Shown here: positions 51,364 to 62,862 of the stretch, in pieces
Layout of the letters: the number at the start of each line of letters is the position of its first letter
How positions within the stretch are numbered: position 1 is the first letter of the stretch
Assembly (NCBI GenBank): GCA_951406725.2
Contig: OX597832.1
Location: forward strand, 44,454,001 to 44,518,000
Source: Octopus vulgaris
Taxonomy: Eukaryota
Direction of reading: 5' to 3'
DNA length: 64,000 nucleotides
Translations under genes and position numbers: made by a program
The notes under the pieces: model-generated
Databases searched by the model: none
The model's input: the letters and a program-made list of their open reading frames with translations, nothing else
What the model was told of the DNA's origin: nothing

Positions 51364-51909
51364 ATTGTATACGATAGTGTCTGGAGAATATAGAATATGA
51401 AGAGAAAACATACAGAATAAATTCTGGCAAACATTTTAGTATATTGTAGAAGACATCTATGAAAGCAATGTCTGAAATCTCTTCTGTTCAAACTTTAAAT
51501 CTAACTTTTACATGAACATATTTTGTACGGTAACACTCAATATGATTTAAATAGATTTTAAAATAATTAAAAATTTATAAGATTTAATAATATAACCATT
51601 TCTTTCTTCCATTCTTTATCTGGCATTTGGCACATACCTTAAAATGATGTTGAAATGTTTTAGCTTAAATACGGTGATTATTTTCAAAATAGATTTGAAC
51701 ATTATGTATTACATTTAGAATACAGTAAGGAAACAATAAAATTTGGGTTTTTGCATAAATCATTTCAGACGATTTTCATACAGAATTCTTAGATCACATT
51801 AGTGTGTTTTACACTCTCTTGAAATATTAAACAGAAACTGTTTTTCAGGAAATTCTTCTGCATTTCATCTCTTCATATTGTATATTCTTCAGATGCCAGG
51901 GAAAACAAT

Positions 51910-52322
51910 ATGGACTCAGCAAAGAAACAAGACATCGGTAACCTCGCTTCTTCAGTTGATTATTGTACAAACAGTCTTTTTCAAGCTGTGTCTACAGGAA
52001 CCGTGGAAAATGTTTTCATGTCACCATTCAATGTTGCTACCGTTTTATCAATGGTTTATTCTGGAGCAAGACAAAACTCTGCCAAACAATTTGAAAATAA
52101 CTTTAAATACAGATCCTGTAATTTTGGTTTTTAAAGAATATTTTTCACTTTTGAAACACTCAGATGAACTTATTGCATTGAATTCAGTTAATTGTTTTAG
52201 TGCCAATGAAAAATTTCGTATTTCAGAAGACTAAAAGAACATTATTGCAAAATATTTCTTTTCGGATATTGAAAAGGTAGACTTCATGACAAATATTGAA
52301 AAAGGAAGAATTAATATTAATT
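51910..52322 (+). pseudogene. Inverted serpin 5' fragment followed by a truncated SINE
   Basis: ORFs 51910 and 51878; same lesions as the 48897 fragment. Confidence 0.9.
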
Positions 52323-53222
52323 ACCATGTTGTAAGGCAACGAGATGCTAGAATTGTTAGTATGCTGGGCAAAATACTTAGTAGCACTTTGTCCATCTTTA
52401 CATTCTGGGGTTGACATTGTCATTCTTTTGGGATTGGAAAAATAAGTACCAATTGAGCACTTGTGTTGCTGTAATTGATTTACCCCTACAATTAAATTAA
52501 ATCTCTTTACTGATTCTCGGTCTAATTAAAGGTATAACATTTCGGAAAATATATCAGACATTGTCATTGCTACCTTGAGAATACCAAACTTAATACATAA
52601 TTAATCAGAGAGTTTGTAACGTAACCACATATATGCATGGTATGAATATGGTACATTGGCTGTTAAGTTTTCAAAAGTTTTGTAACACCAAAATTATTGA
52701 ATCAATGTAATTTTTTAATGAGGATCCAAGACTAAAATACCAGAGACTATCAAGAGGGCTGAAGAAGTTGAAATGTCTACATTTGAAACAAAGCTAATAA
52801 AAGCCAGATGCAATTAACACATACATTAAAATGGAATATTTACTGAGATGCTTTATTAATATAAACAGAAATAAAAACATACAAGCATTGATTTCACTTT
52901 ATTTAACCAGTAAATAATGTTTACAGGCAACAATAAGTATATTCTTAAAATAATAAGCTTGCTAAGAAAAGACACTTTAAAAAATGTCAAATTATTATGT
53001 CAATGTATGGCAAGTACAAATTCATAATATTGATTTAGATTAATGTGGTATTATAATATATAAATGAATAGATATGACCTTGGTTCTACACGATTACAAC
53101 TGTAATGTCCTCAGTTATTTTACTAAAAAAACGATTCTAAAAAATATTTGCTCAGTTACATTCTCCACATAATACAATGTAGTATTCCATAAGAGGGAAA
53201 TCTTTGACAGGGCAATATCATC

Positions 53223-54377
53223 TTATGTTGTAGGATTTGTTACTTTACCAATGAAATGGATCATTTTAGTTCGGTTATCAACAATTAAAAATGTGAATGG
53301 GTGATTGACATCAAAATCCATACCAATTTGTGCTGACATTAACGTCATGACCATTCCAGTTGCAGCAGCAGCTTCTGTTCCTTCTTCATTAACATCAACA
53401 AATGCTTTATGAAACATTTCACTGGCATAAATATTCTTTTCACCACCAGTCATTCCAGATAAATCAGCTTTTAGAGGATCAAAAATATCAGAGAGTCCAA
53501 GCTTTTTCAAAACTTCACCCAACTGAAAACTACTCTCTAAACGAAATTTTGGCATATTTAATTCTAGAAGCATCGTTTGAAATCCTTTTCTGTCTATAAT
53601 ATCTTTGAGAAATTGAGCATTAATCTCCTTCTCTAAAGCAGCAAGACCATTGATGTCATTGGGAAGAATTACAAACATACTAAATGCTTTCCCTATATAA
53701 GGTAACTCAACCACTTTATAGTTGTCGCTTATTTTGGTATTAAAATCTTCAGATATATACATAAAATCATGAGATACAGTCTTGTCAGAGCTTAAATAAA
53801 ACTTTCTAGATGATGTTGCTTGTTCTGGGAATTTTTCAGCCCACATTCCTTTAAAGTACACAGCATTAATAAGAACTAGAACCGACTGAGGTGTCAAACT
53901 TCCACTTGGTAACAGATCAGTAATTTTGTTATTTGTGTTATTCTTTACCCAATCATTAATAGTTATTCTTGTCTTCTCAGCATTTGTTATGAAGTCTACA
54001 TTTTCAATATCTGAAAAGAAATATTTTACCATGTTGTTCTTGTAGTCTTCAGAAATAGGGAATTTTTCATTGGCACACAAACGATTCACTGAATTGAATG
54101 TGACAAGTTTATCTGATGTTTTCAAAAGTGAAAAATATTCTTTAAAAGCCAAAGCTACAGAATCTGGATTTGATGTTATCTTCAAAACATTTTCAAATTG
54201 CTTGGAAGAGTTTTGTCTTGCTCCCAAATAAACCATTGATAAAACAGTAGCAACACTGAATGGTGACATGAAGACATTTTCATTGGTTCCTGTAGCCACA
54301 GCTTGATAAAGACTGTTTGTAAAATAATCAATTGAAGCAGCAAGGTTACCAATGTCTTGTTTCTTTGCTGAGTCCAT
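53223..54377 (-). CDS. Serpin copy 9 (intact, 384 aa); RCL identical to copy 8
   Basis: Complete ORF; differs from copy 8 at about 3 residues. Confidence 0.95.
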   Translation of the reverse strand: MDSAKKQDIGNLAASIDYFTNSLYQAVATGTNENVFMSPFSVATVLSMVYLGARQNSSKQFENVLKITSNPDSVALAFKEYFSLLKTSDKLVTFNSVNRLCANEKFPISEDYKNNMVKYFFSDIENVDFITNAEKTRITINDWVKNNTNNKITDLLPSGSLTPQSVLVLINAVYFKGMWAEKFPEQATSSRKFYLSSDKTVSHDFMYISEDFNTKISDNYKVVELPYIGKAFSMFVILPNDINGLAALEKEINAQFLKDIIDRKGFQTMLLELNMPKFRLESSFQLGEVLKKLGLSDIFDPLKADLSGMTGGEKNIYASEMFHKAFVDVNEEGTEAAAATGMVMTLMSAQIGMDFDVNHPFTFLIVDNRTKMIHFIGKVTNPTT

Positions 54378-54923
54378 ATTGTATACGATAGTGTCTGGAG
54401 AATATAGAATATGAAGAGAAAACATACAAAATAAATTCTGGCAAACATTTCAGTATATTGTAGAAGACATCTTTGAAAGCAATGTCTGAAAGCTCTTCTG
54501 TTCAAACTTTAAATTTAACATTTACATGAACATATTTTGTACGGTAACACTGAATATGATTTAAATAGATTTTAAAATAATTAAAAATTTATAAGATTTA
54601 ATAATATAACCATTTCTTTCTTCCATTCTTTATCTGGCATTTGGAACATACCTTAAAATGTTGTTGGAAGGTTTTAGCTTAAATACGGTGATTATTTTCA
54701 AAATAGATTTGAACATTATGTATCACATTTAGAATACAGTAAGGAAACAATAAAATTTGGGTTTTTGCATAAATCATTTCAGACCAATTTCACATAGAAT
54801 TCTTAGATCACATTAGTGTGTTTTACACTCTTTTGAAATGTTAAATAGAAACTGTTTTTCAGGAAATTCTTCTGCATTTCATCTCTTCATATTGTATATT
54901 CTTCAGATGCCAGGGAATACAAT

Positions 54924-56231
54924 ATGGACTCAGCAAAGAAACAAGACATCGGTAACCTCGCTTCTTCAGTTGATTATTGTACAAACAGTCTTTTTCAAGC
55001 TGTGTCTACAGGAACCGTGGAAAATGTTTTCATGTCACCATTCAGTGTTGCTACCGTTTTATCAATGGTTTATTCTGGAGCAAGACAAAACTCTGCCAAA
55101 CAATTTGAAAATATTTTGAAAATAACTTTAAATGCAGATCCTGTAATTTTGGTTTTTAAAGAATATTTTTCACTTTTGAAACACTCAGATGAACTTATTG
55201 CATTGAATTCAGTTAATTGTTTTAGTGCCAATGAAAAATTTTGTATTTCAGAAGACTAAAAGAACATTATTGCAAAATATTTCTTTTCGGATATTGAAAA
55301 TGTAGACTTCATGACAAATATTGAAAAAGGAAGAATTAATATTAATTACAATGTTGTAAGGCAACGAGATTCTAGAATTGTTAGTATGCTGGGCAAAATA
55401 CTTAGTAGCACTTTGTCCGTCTTCACATTCTGGGGTTGACTTTGTCATCGTTTTGGGTTTGACAAAATAAGTACCAATTGAGCAGTTGTGTTGCTGTAAT
55501 TGATTTACCCCTACAATTAACCTGCTGGACTTACACCAAAATTTGAAAGCAGTTTTAATGATTGAGCTGAAAGTAACACAAATAACAAAATTACCGATCT
55601 GTTACCAAGTGGAAGTTTGACACCTCAGTCGGTTCTAGTTCTTATTAATGCTGTATACTTTAAAGGAATATGGGGTGAAGTATGCCCAGAACTACCAACA
55701 TCATCTAGAAAGACAATTTTAGCACAAAAATAAGCAACAGCTCTACAGTTGTTGAGTTACCTTATATAGGAGAAGCATTTAGTATGTTTGTAATTCTTCC
55801 CTATGAAATCAATGGCCTTAATGCTTTAGTGAAGGGTAAGTAATTCCCAATTTCTCAAAGGCATTGTAGACAGAAAAGGATTTGAAATGATACAGCTAGA
55901 ATTAAATATGCCAAAATTTCGTTTAGAGAGTAGTTTTCAGTTGGGTGATGTTTTGAAAAAGCTTGGACTCCCTGATATTTTTGATCCTCTAAAAGCTGAT
56001 TTATCTGGAATGACTGGTGGTGAGAAGAATATTTATGCCAGTGAAATGTTTCATAAAGCATTTGTTGATGTTAACGAAGAAGGAACAGAAGCTATGGCTG
56101 TAATTAGAGAAGGATGATATTTTCATCAGCATACCTGAGGCAATGTTAATCAAGCATTCACAATTATAATTGTTGACAACTGAGGTATAATGATCCATTT
56201 CATTGGTAAAGTTACAAACCCTACAATATAA
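54924..56231 (+). pseudogene. Near full-length inverted serpin pseudogene with SINE insertion (~55355-55550) and a degenerate RCL (EEGTEAMAVIREG*)
   Basis: ORFs 54924 and 55887, and a terminal CATTTCATTGGTAAAGTTACAAACCCTACAATATAA (HFIGKVTNPTI*). Confidence 0.92.
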
Positions 56232-58681
56232 GATATTGCCCTGTCAAAGATTTTCCTCTTATGGAATATTACATTGCAATACATAGAGAATGTAACTGAG
56301 CAAATTTTATCCAACATCCTCGTTTTCAAATAAGTCTTGCAGTAAGTACTGAGCCCGAAGATTGCTTGGAGACATATGGCATGTTATATAAATCTGCCAA
56401 ATTAATGTACCTCTACAGTCTGAAAACGTTAGTAGCTATTTTATAAATTTCTGTACATACTAAATGATATATTATCATCATCATTTAGCGTCCGCTTTCC
56501 ATGCTAGCATGGGTTGGACGGTTCAACTGGGGTCTGTGAAGCCAGAAGGCTGCATGAGGCCCAGTCTGATCTGGCATTGTTTCTACGGCTGGATGCCCTT
56601 CCTAATACCAACCACTCCGTGAGTGTAGTGGGTGCTTTATATATATAATATATATATATACAATTGTCATTAATTGTGTTGATGATGCAGAGTATCACCT
56701 ACATTGCTAGAAATTAGAGCTAAAAGCCCTGATAGCTGCAGGAAGCACATGTCTATACACTGAGAGGGGAAATAACCACCCTACAAAGAGTGGGATCACC
56801 ATACTAGTTTCGTTTTGCTTGGAATTAAAGCCCATCAATTGTGCCTACTCCATTGCTTGATGGTTTGGATAAATCCCAGCTGTCAGTATATAGAATTTAC
56901 CATACGAATCAATGCATGATTCAGCAAAATGGTAATGTGAAAATTATAAGAGGACAAAGGTAGCTAAATGTAATATAAAAGCAAAAATGAAAGATTCAGT
57001 TGTCACTAACTGTGATTGAGAGTACAGGGTAGCTTTCACGTTACTAGAAATAAGAGCTAAAATACCTTACAGCCATCTACAGTTCTGCTTCATCTGAAGA
57101 CCTTGGTACAATCAAGATGACTTACCCTACTTTGTATAAAGCATCTTTACAAGATTCCTTCTTACTCTGGAGCAATGTCCCTCAGAAACTGCACATATTC
57201 CTCTAATCTGCACAATCCAACTATAGGAAAACTGAGCTTTCTTATTGTTTCCACCAATGGCATACCCTCTTAAAGATTTTTAAATCACTCATTACTGATA
57301 TGCAAACCAAGGCAAATTCATGCGTAACCTGACACCATGAAGACTTTCTTCTTTTCTCTACAACAATATTTGTGACATTTAAATTTCCCTCTAAGAAAAA
57401 AATATATTTGTGTTGAAAATATATTCTCAAACCATATTTTCTTTTAATTTATTTAAGTTAAGATGAATATTATATTACTTTATCTATGAGGTCTGATCAA
57501 AAATTATCAGGCCTTGTGCTACAAAAAAAAAACTACAACATATTAATTCAGCATTTAATCCACTTTGAAGTAGTCCCATTCTGAAGCCACACAAATGACC
57601 CAACATCATTTCCATTGATGGAAGCATTATGTATCATACACAGTATAAACACATCAAAAAAGATCAATTTACAGCAGTATATATCTCCAGATAATACACT
57701 ATAAGATCTTGTTGCATTTAGAAATATAATATGTATCAAAGGCAGATGAAAATTGTTCTAGCTGCAACTGGTAAGTATGCTAAATTCATTTCTGCCTCAT
57801 CTAAGCAGGTGGTTGGCTATGAGTATATAGTATTGACAACATATATACACAAATGGATGTGTACATATGTTTATTCAAATATTTTTTTATATGGAAATGT
57901 TGGTTTGTAGATATTAAATGAAACCTCATTCCTGGAATTTCAGTAACACCAACAAAACTTAAAAAGTATATAAGAATTTCTTTACTGATTCTTGGTCTAA
58001 TTAAAGGTATAACATTTCAGAAAAAATATTAGACATTTTCTTTTCTAACTTCAGAATGCCAAACTTACTACATTATTAATTACAGAAGTTGTAACATAAC
58101 CACATGTATGCATAGTATGTATATGTATGTGGTATGTTGGTTGATTACTTTTCAAAAGTTTTGTAACACCAAATTACATCAATGTAATTTTTTAATGAAG
58201 ATCTAAGACAAAAATACCAGAGATTAACAAGAGGGCTCAAAATATCGAAACGTCTACATTTCAAAGAAAGCTAATAAAAGCCAGATGCAATTAACACATG
58301 CATTAAAATGGAATATTTACTGAGATGCTTTATTAATATAAACAGAATCAAAACTTACAGGCATTGATTTCACTTTATTTAACCAGTAAATAATGTTTAC
58401 AGGCAACAATAAGTATATTCTTAAAATAGTAAACTTGCTAAGAAAAGACACTAAAAAGTGTCGTATTTTTCTGTCAATATATGGCATATACAAATTGATA
58501 ATATTGATTTAGATTAATGTGGTATTATAATATATCAATGAATAGATATGACCTTGGTTCTACACAATTACAATTATAATGTCCTCAGTCATTTTGCTAA
58601 AAATATTTGTTCAGTGACATTCTCCACATAATACAATGTAGTATTCCATAAGAGGGAAATCTTTGACAGGGCAATATCATC

Positions 58682-59836
58682 TTATGTTGTAGGATTTGTT
58701 ACTTTACCAATGAAATGGATCATTTTAGTTCGGTTATCAACAATTAAAAATGTGAATGGGTGATTGACATCAAATTTCATACCAATTTTTGCACAGAATC
58801 CCACCATGACCATTCCAGCTGCAGCAGCAGCTTCCGTTCCTTCTTCATTAACATCAACAAATGCTTTATGAAACATTTCACTGGCATAAATATTCTTCTC
58901 ACCACCAGTCATTCCAGATAAATCAGCTTTTAGAGGATCAAAAATATCAGGGAGTCCAAGCTTTTTCAAAACTTCACCCAACTGAAAACTACTCTCTAAA
59001 CGAAATTTTGGCATATTTAATTCTAGAAGCATCGTTTGAAATCCTTTTCTGTCCACAATATCTTTGAGAAATTGAGCATTAATCTCCTTCTCTAAAGCAG
59101 CAAGACCATTGATTTCATTTGGGAAGAATTACAAACATACTAAATGCTTTTCCTATATAAGGTAACTCAACAACTTTATAGTTGTCGCTTATTTTTGTAT
59201 TAAAATCTTCAGATATATACATAAAATCATGAGATACAGTCTTGTCAGAGCTTAAATAAAACTTTCTAGATGATGTTGCTTGTTCTGGGAATTTTTCAGC
59301 CCACATTCCTTTGAAGTATACAGCATTAATAAGAACTAGAACCGATTGAGGTGTCAAACTTCCACTTGGTAACAGATCAGTAATTTTGTTATTTGTGTTA
59401 TTCTTACCCAATCATTAATAGTTATTCTTGTCTTCTCAGCATTTGTTATAAAGTCTACATTTTCAATATCTGAAAAGAAATATTTTACCATGTTGTTCTT
59501 GTAGTCTTCTGAAATAGGGAATTTTTCACTGGCATACAAACGATTCACTGAATTGAATGTGACAAGTTTATCTGAGTTTTTCAAAAGTGAAAAATATTCT
59601 TTAAAAGCCAAAGCTACAGAATCTGGATTTGATGTTATCTTCAAAACATTTTCAAACTGTTTGGCAGAGTTTTGTCTTGCTCCCAAATAAACCATTGATA
59701 AAACAGTAGCAACACTGAATGGTGACATGAAGACATTTTCATTGGTTCCTGTAGCCACAGCTTGATAAAGACTGTTTGTAAAATAATCAATTGAAGCAGC
59801 AAGGTTACCGATGTCTTGTTTCTCTGCTGAGTCCAT
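58682..59836 (-). pseudogene. Serpin copy 10 with a -1 (~59405) and a +1 (~59120) indel, possibly assembly errors; RCL AA-GMVMVGF|CAKIG
   Basis: Three ORF pieces spanning exactly 1155 bp; no nonsense codons in the serpin frames. Confidence 0.85.
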
Positions 59837-60383
59837 ATCGTATATGATAGTGTCTAGAGAATATAGAATATGAAGAGAAAATATACAAAATAAATTCTGG
59901 CAAATATTTCAGTATATTGTAGAAGACATCTATGAAAGCAATGTCTGAAATCTCTTCTGTTCAAACTTTAAATCTAACTTTTACATGAACATATTTTGTA
60001 CAGTAACACACAAGGTGTTTAAAACAGTTTTTATAATAATTAAAAATTTATAAAGATTTAATGATATAACCATTTCTTTCTTCCATTCTTTATCTGGCAT
60101 TTGGAACATACCTTAAAATGTTGTTGGAAGGTTTTAGCTTAAATACGGTGATTATTTTCAAAATAGATTTGAACATTATGTATCACATTTAGAATACAGT
60201 AAGGAAACAATAAAATTTGGGTTTTTGCATAAATCATTTGAGACCATTTTCAAACAGAATTCTTAGATCACATTAGTGTGTTTTACACTCTCTTGAAATA
60301 TTAAACAGAAACTATTTTTCAGGAAATTCTTCTGCATTTCATCTCTTCATATTGTATATTCTTCAGATGCCACGGAATAGAAT

Positions 60384-60808
60384 ATGGACTTAGCAAAGAA
60401 ACAAGACTTCGGTAACCTCGCTGCTTCAGTTGATTATTGTACAAAGAGTATTTTTCGAGTTGTGTCTACAGGAACCGTGGAAAATGTTTTCATGTCACCA
60501 TTCAGTGTTGCTACCGTTTTATCAATGGTTTATTCTGGAGCAAGACAAAACTCTTCCAAACAATTTGAAAATATTTTGAAAATAACTTTAAATACAGATC
60601 CTGTAATTTGAGGTTTTAAAGAATATTTTTCACTTTTGAAACACTCAGATGAACTTATTGCATTGAATTCAGTCAATTGTTTTTGTGCCAATGAAAAATT
60701 TCGTATTTCAGAAGACTAAAAGAACATTATTGCAAAATATTTCTTTTCAGATATTGAAAATGTAGATTTCATGAGAAATGTTGAAAAAAGAAGGATTAAT
60801 ATTAATTA
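60384..60808 (+). pseudogene. Inverted serpin 5' fragment followed by a truncated SINE
   Basis: ORF 60384 MDLAKKQDFGNLAASVDY..., followed by stops. Confidence 0.9.
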
Positions 60809-61707
60809 CCATGTTGTAAGACAACAAGATGCTAGAATTGTTAGTATGCTGGGCAAAATACTTAGTAGCACTTTGTCCATCTTTACATTCTGGGGTTGAT
60901 GTTGTCATCCTTTTGGGTTTGACAAAATAGATACGAATTGAGCACTTGTGTTGCTGTAATTGATTTACCCCTACAATTAAATTAAACCTCTTTACTGATT
61001 CTTGGTCTAATTAAAGGTATAATGTTTCAGAAAATATATCAGACATTGTCATTGCTACATTCAGAATGCCAAACTTACTACATAATTAATTAGAGAGTTT
61101 GTAACGTAACCACACATATGCATGGTATGAATATGGTACATTGGCTGTTAACTTTTCAAAAGTTTTGTAACACCACAATTATTGAATCAATGTAATTTTT
61201 TGATCAAGATCTAAGACTAAAATACCAGAGACTATCAAGAGGGCTGAAGGAAGTTGAAATGTCTACATTTGAAACAAAGCTAATAAAAGCCAGATGAAAT
61301 TAACACATACATTAAAATGGAATATTTACTGAGATGCTTTATTAATATAAACAGAAATAAAAACATACAAGCATTGATTTCACTTTATTTAACAAGTAAA
61401 TAATGTTTACAGGCAACAATAAGTATATTCTTAAAATAATAAACTTGCTAAAAAAAGACACGTTAAAAAGTGTCATATTTTTCTGTCAATATATCGCACA
61501 TACAAATTCATGATATTGATTTAGATTAATGTGGTATTATAATATATAAATGAATAGATATGACCTTGGTTCTACATGATTATAATTATAATGTTCTAAG
61601 TCATTTTACTAAAAAAACGATTCTAAATATATTTGTTCAGTTACATTCTCCACATAATACAATGTAGTATTCCGTAAGAGGGAAATCTTTGACAGGGCAA
61701 TATCATC

Positions 61708-62862
61708 TTATGTTGAAGGATTTGTTACTTTACCAATGAAATGGATCATTTTAGTTCGGTTGTCAACAATTAAAAATGTGAATGGGTGATTGACATCAAA
61801 ATCCATACCAATTTGTGCTGACAATGCCATCATGACCATTCCAGTTGCAGCAGCAGCTTCCGTTCCTTCTTCATTAACATCAACAAATGCTTTATGAAAC
61901 ATTTCACTGGCATAAATATTCTTCTCACCACCAGTCATTCCAGATAAATCAGCTTTTAGAGGATCAAAAATATCAGGGAGTCCAAGCTTTTTCAAAACAT
62001 CACCCAACTGAAAACTACTCTCTAAACGAAATTTTGGCATATTTAATTCTAGAAACATCGTTTCAAATCCTTTTCTGTCTATAATGTCCTTGAGAAATTC
62101 AGCATTAATCTCCTTCTCTAAAGCAGCAAGACCATTGATTTCATTTGGAAGAATTACAAACATACTAAATGCTTTTCCAATATAAGGTAACTCAACGACT
62201 TTATAGTTGTCGCTTATTTTTGTATTAAAATCTTCAGATATATACATAAAATCATGAGATACAGTCTTGTCAGAGCTTAAATAAAACTTTCTAGATGATG
62301 TTGCTTGTTCTGGGAATTTTTCAGCCCACGTTCCTTTGAAGTATACAGCATTAATAAGAACTAGAACCGATTGAGGTGTCAAACTTCCACTTGGTAACAG
62401 ATCAGTAATTTTGTTATTTGTGTTATTCTTTACCCAATCATTAATAGTTATTCTCGTCTTTTCAGCATTTGTTATAAAGTCTACATTTTCAATATCTGAA
62501 AAGAAATATTTTACCATGTTGTTCTTGTAGTCTTCTGAAGTAGAGAATTTTTCATTGGCATACAAACGATTCACTGAATTGAATGTGACAAGTTTCTCTG
62601 AGTTTTTGAGAAGTGAAAAATATTCTTTAAAAGCCAAAGCGACAGAATCTGGATTTGATGTTATCTTCAAAACATTTTCAAACTGTTTGGCAGAGTTTTG
62701 TCGCGCTCCCAAATAAACCATTGATAAAACAGTAGCAACACTGAATGGTGACATGAAGACATTTTCATTGGTTCCTGTAGCCACAGCTTGATAAAGACTG
62801 TTTGTAAAATAATCAATTGAAGCAGCAAGGTTACCGATGTCTTGTTTCTTTGCTGAGTCCAT
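61708..62862 (-). CDS. Serpin copy 11 (intact, 384 aa); RCL AT-GMVMMAL|SAQIG
   Basis: Complete ORF with all serpin motifs. Confidence 0.95.
   Translation of the reverse strand: MDSAKKQDIGNLAASIDYFTNSLYQAVATGTNENVFMSPFSVATVLSMVYLGARQNSAKQFENVLKITSNPDSVALAFKEYFSLLKNSEKLVTFNSVNRLYANEKFSTSEDYKNNMVKYFFSDIENVDFITNAEKTRITINDWVKNNTNNKITDLLPSGSLTPQSVLVLINAVYFKGTWAEKFPEQATSSRKFYLSSDKTVSHDFMYISEDFNTKISDNYKVVELPYIGKAFSMFVILPNEINGLAALEKEINAEFLKDIIDRKGFETMFLELNMPKFRLESSFQLGDVLKKLGLPDIFDPLKADLSGMTGGEKNIYASEMFHKAFVDVNEEGTEAAAATGMVMMALSAQIGMDFDVNHPFTFLIVDNRTKMIHFIGKVTNPST

Larger units (their letters stand above)
46620..55520. repeat. ~3.01-kb tandem units (serpin + spacer + inverted fragment); a further unit at ~58000-63150
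   Basis: Serpin stop positions 47198, 50209, 53223 (period 3011/3014) and 58682, 61708 (period 3026). Confidence 0.95.
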
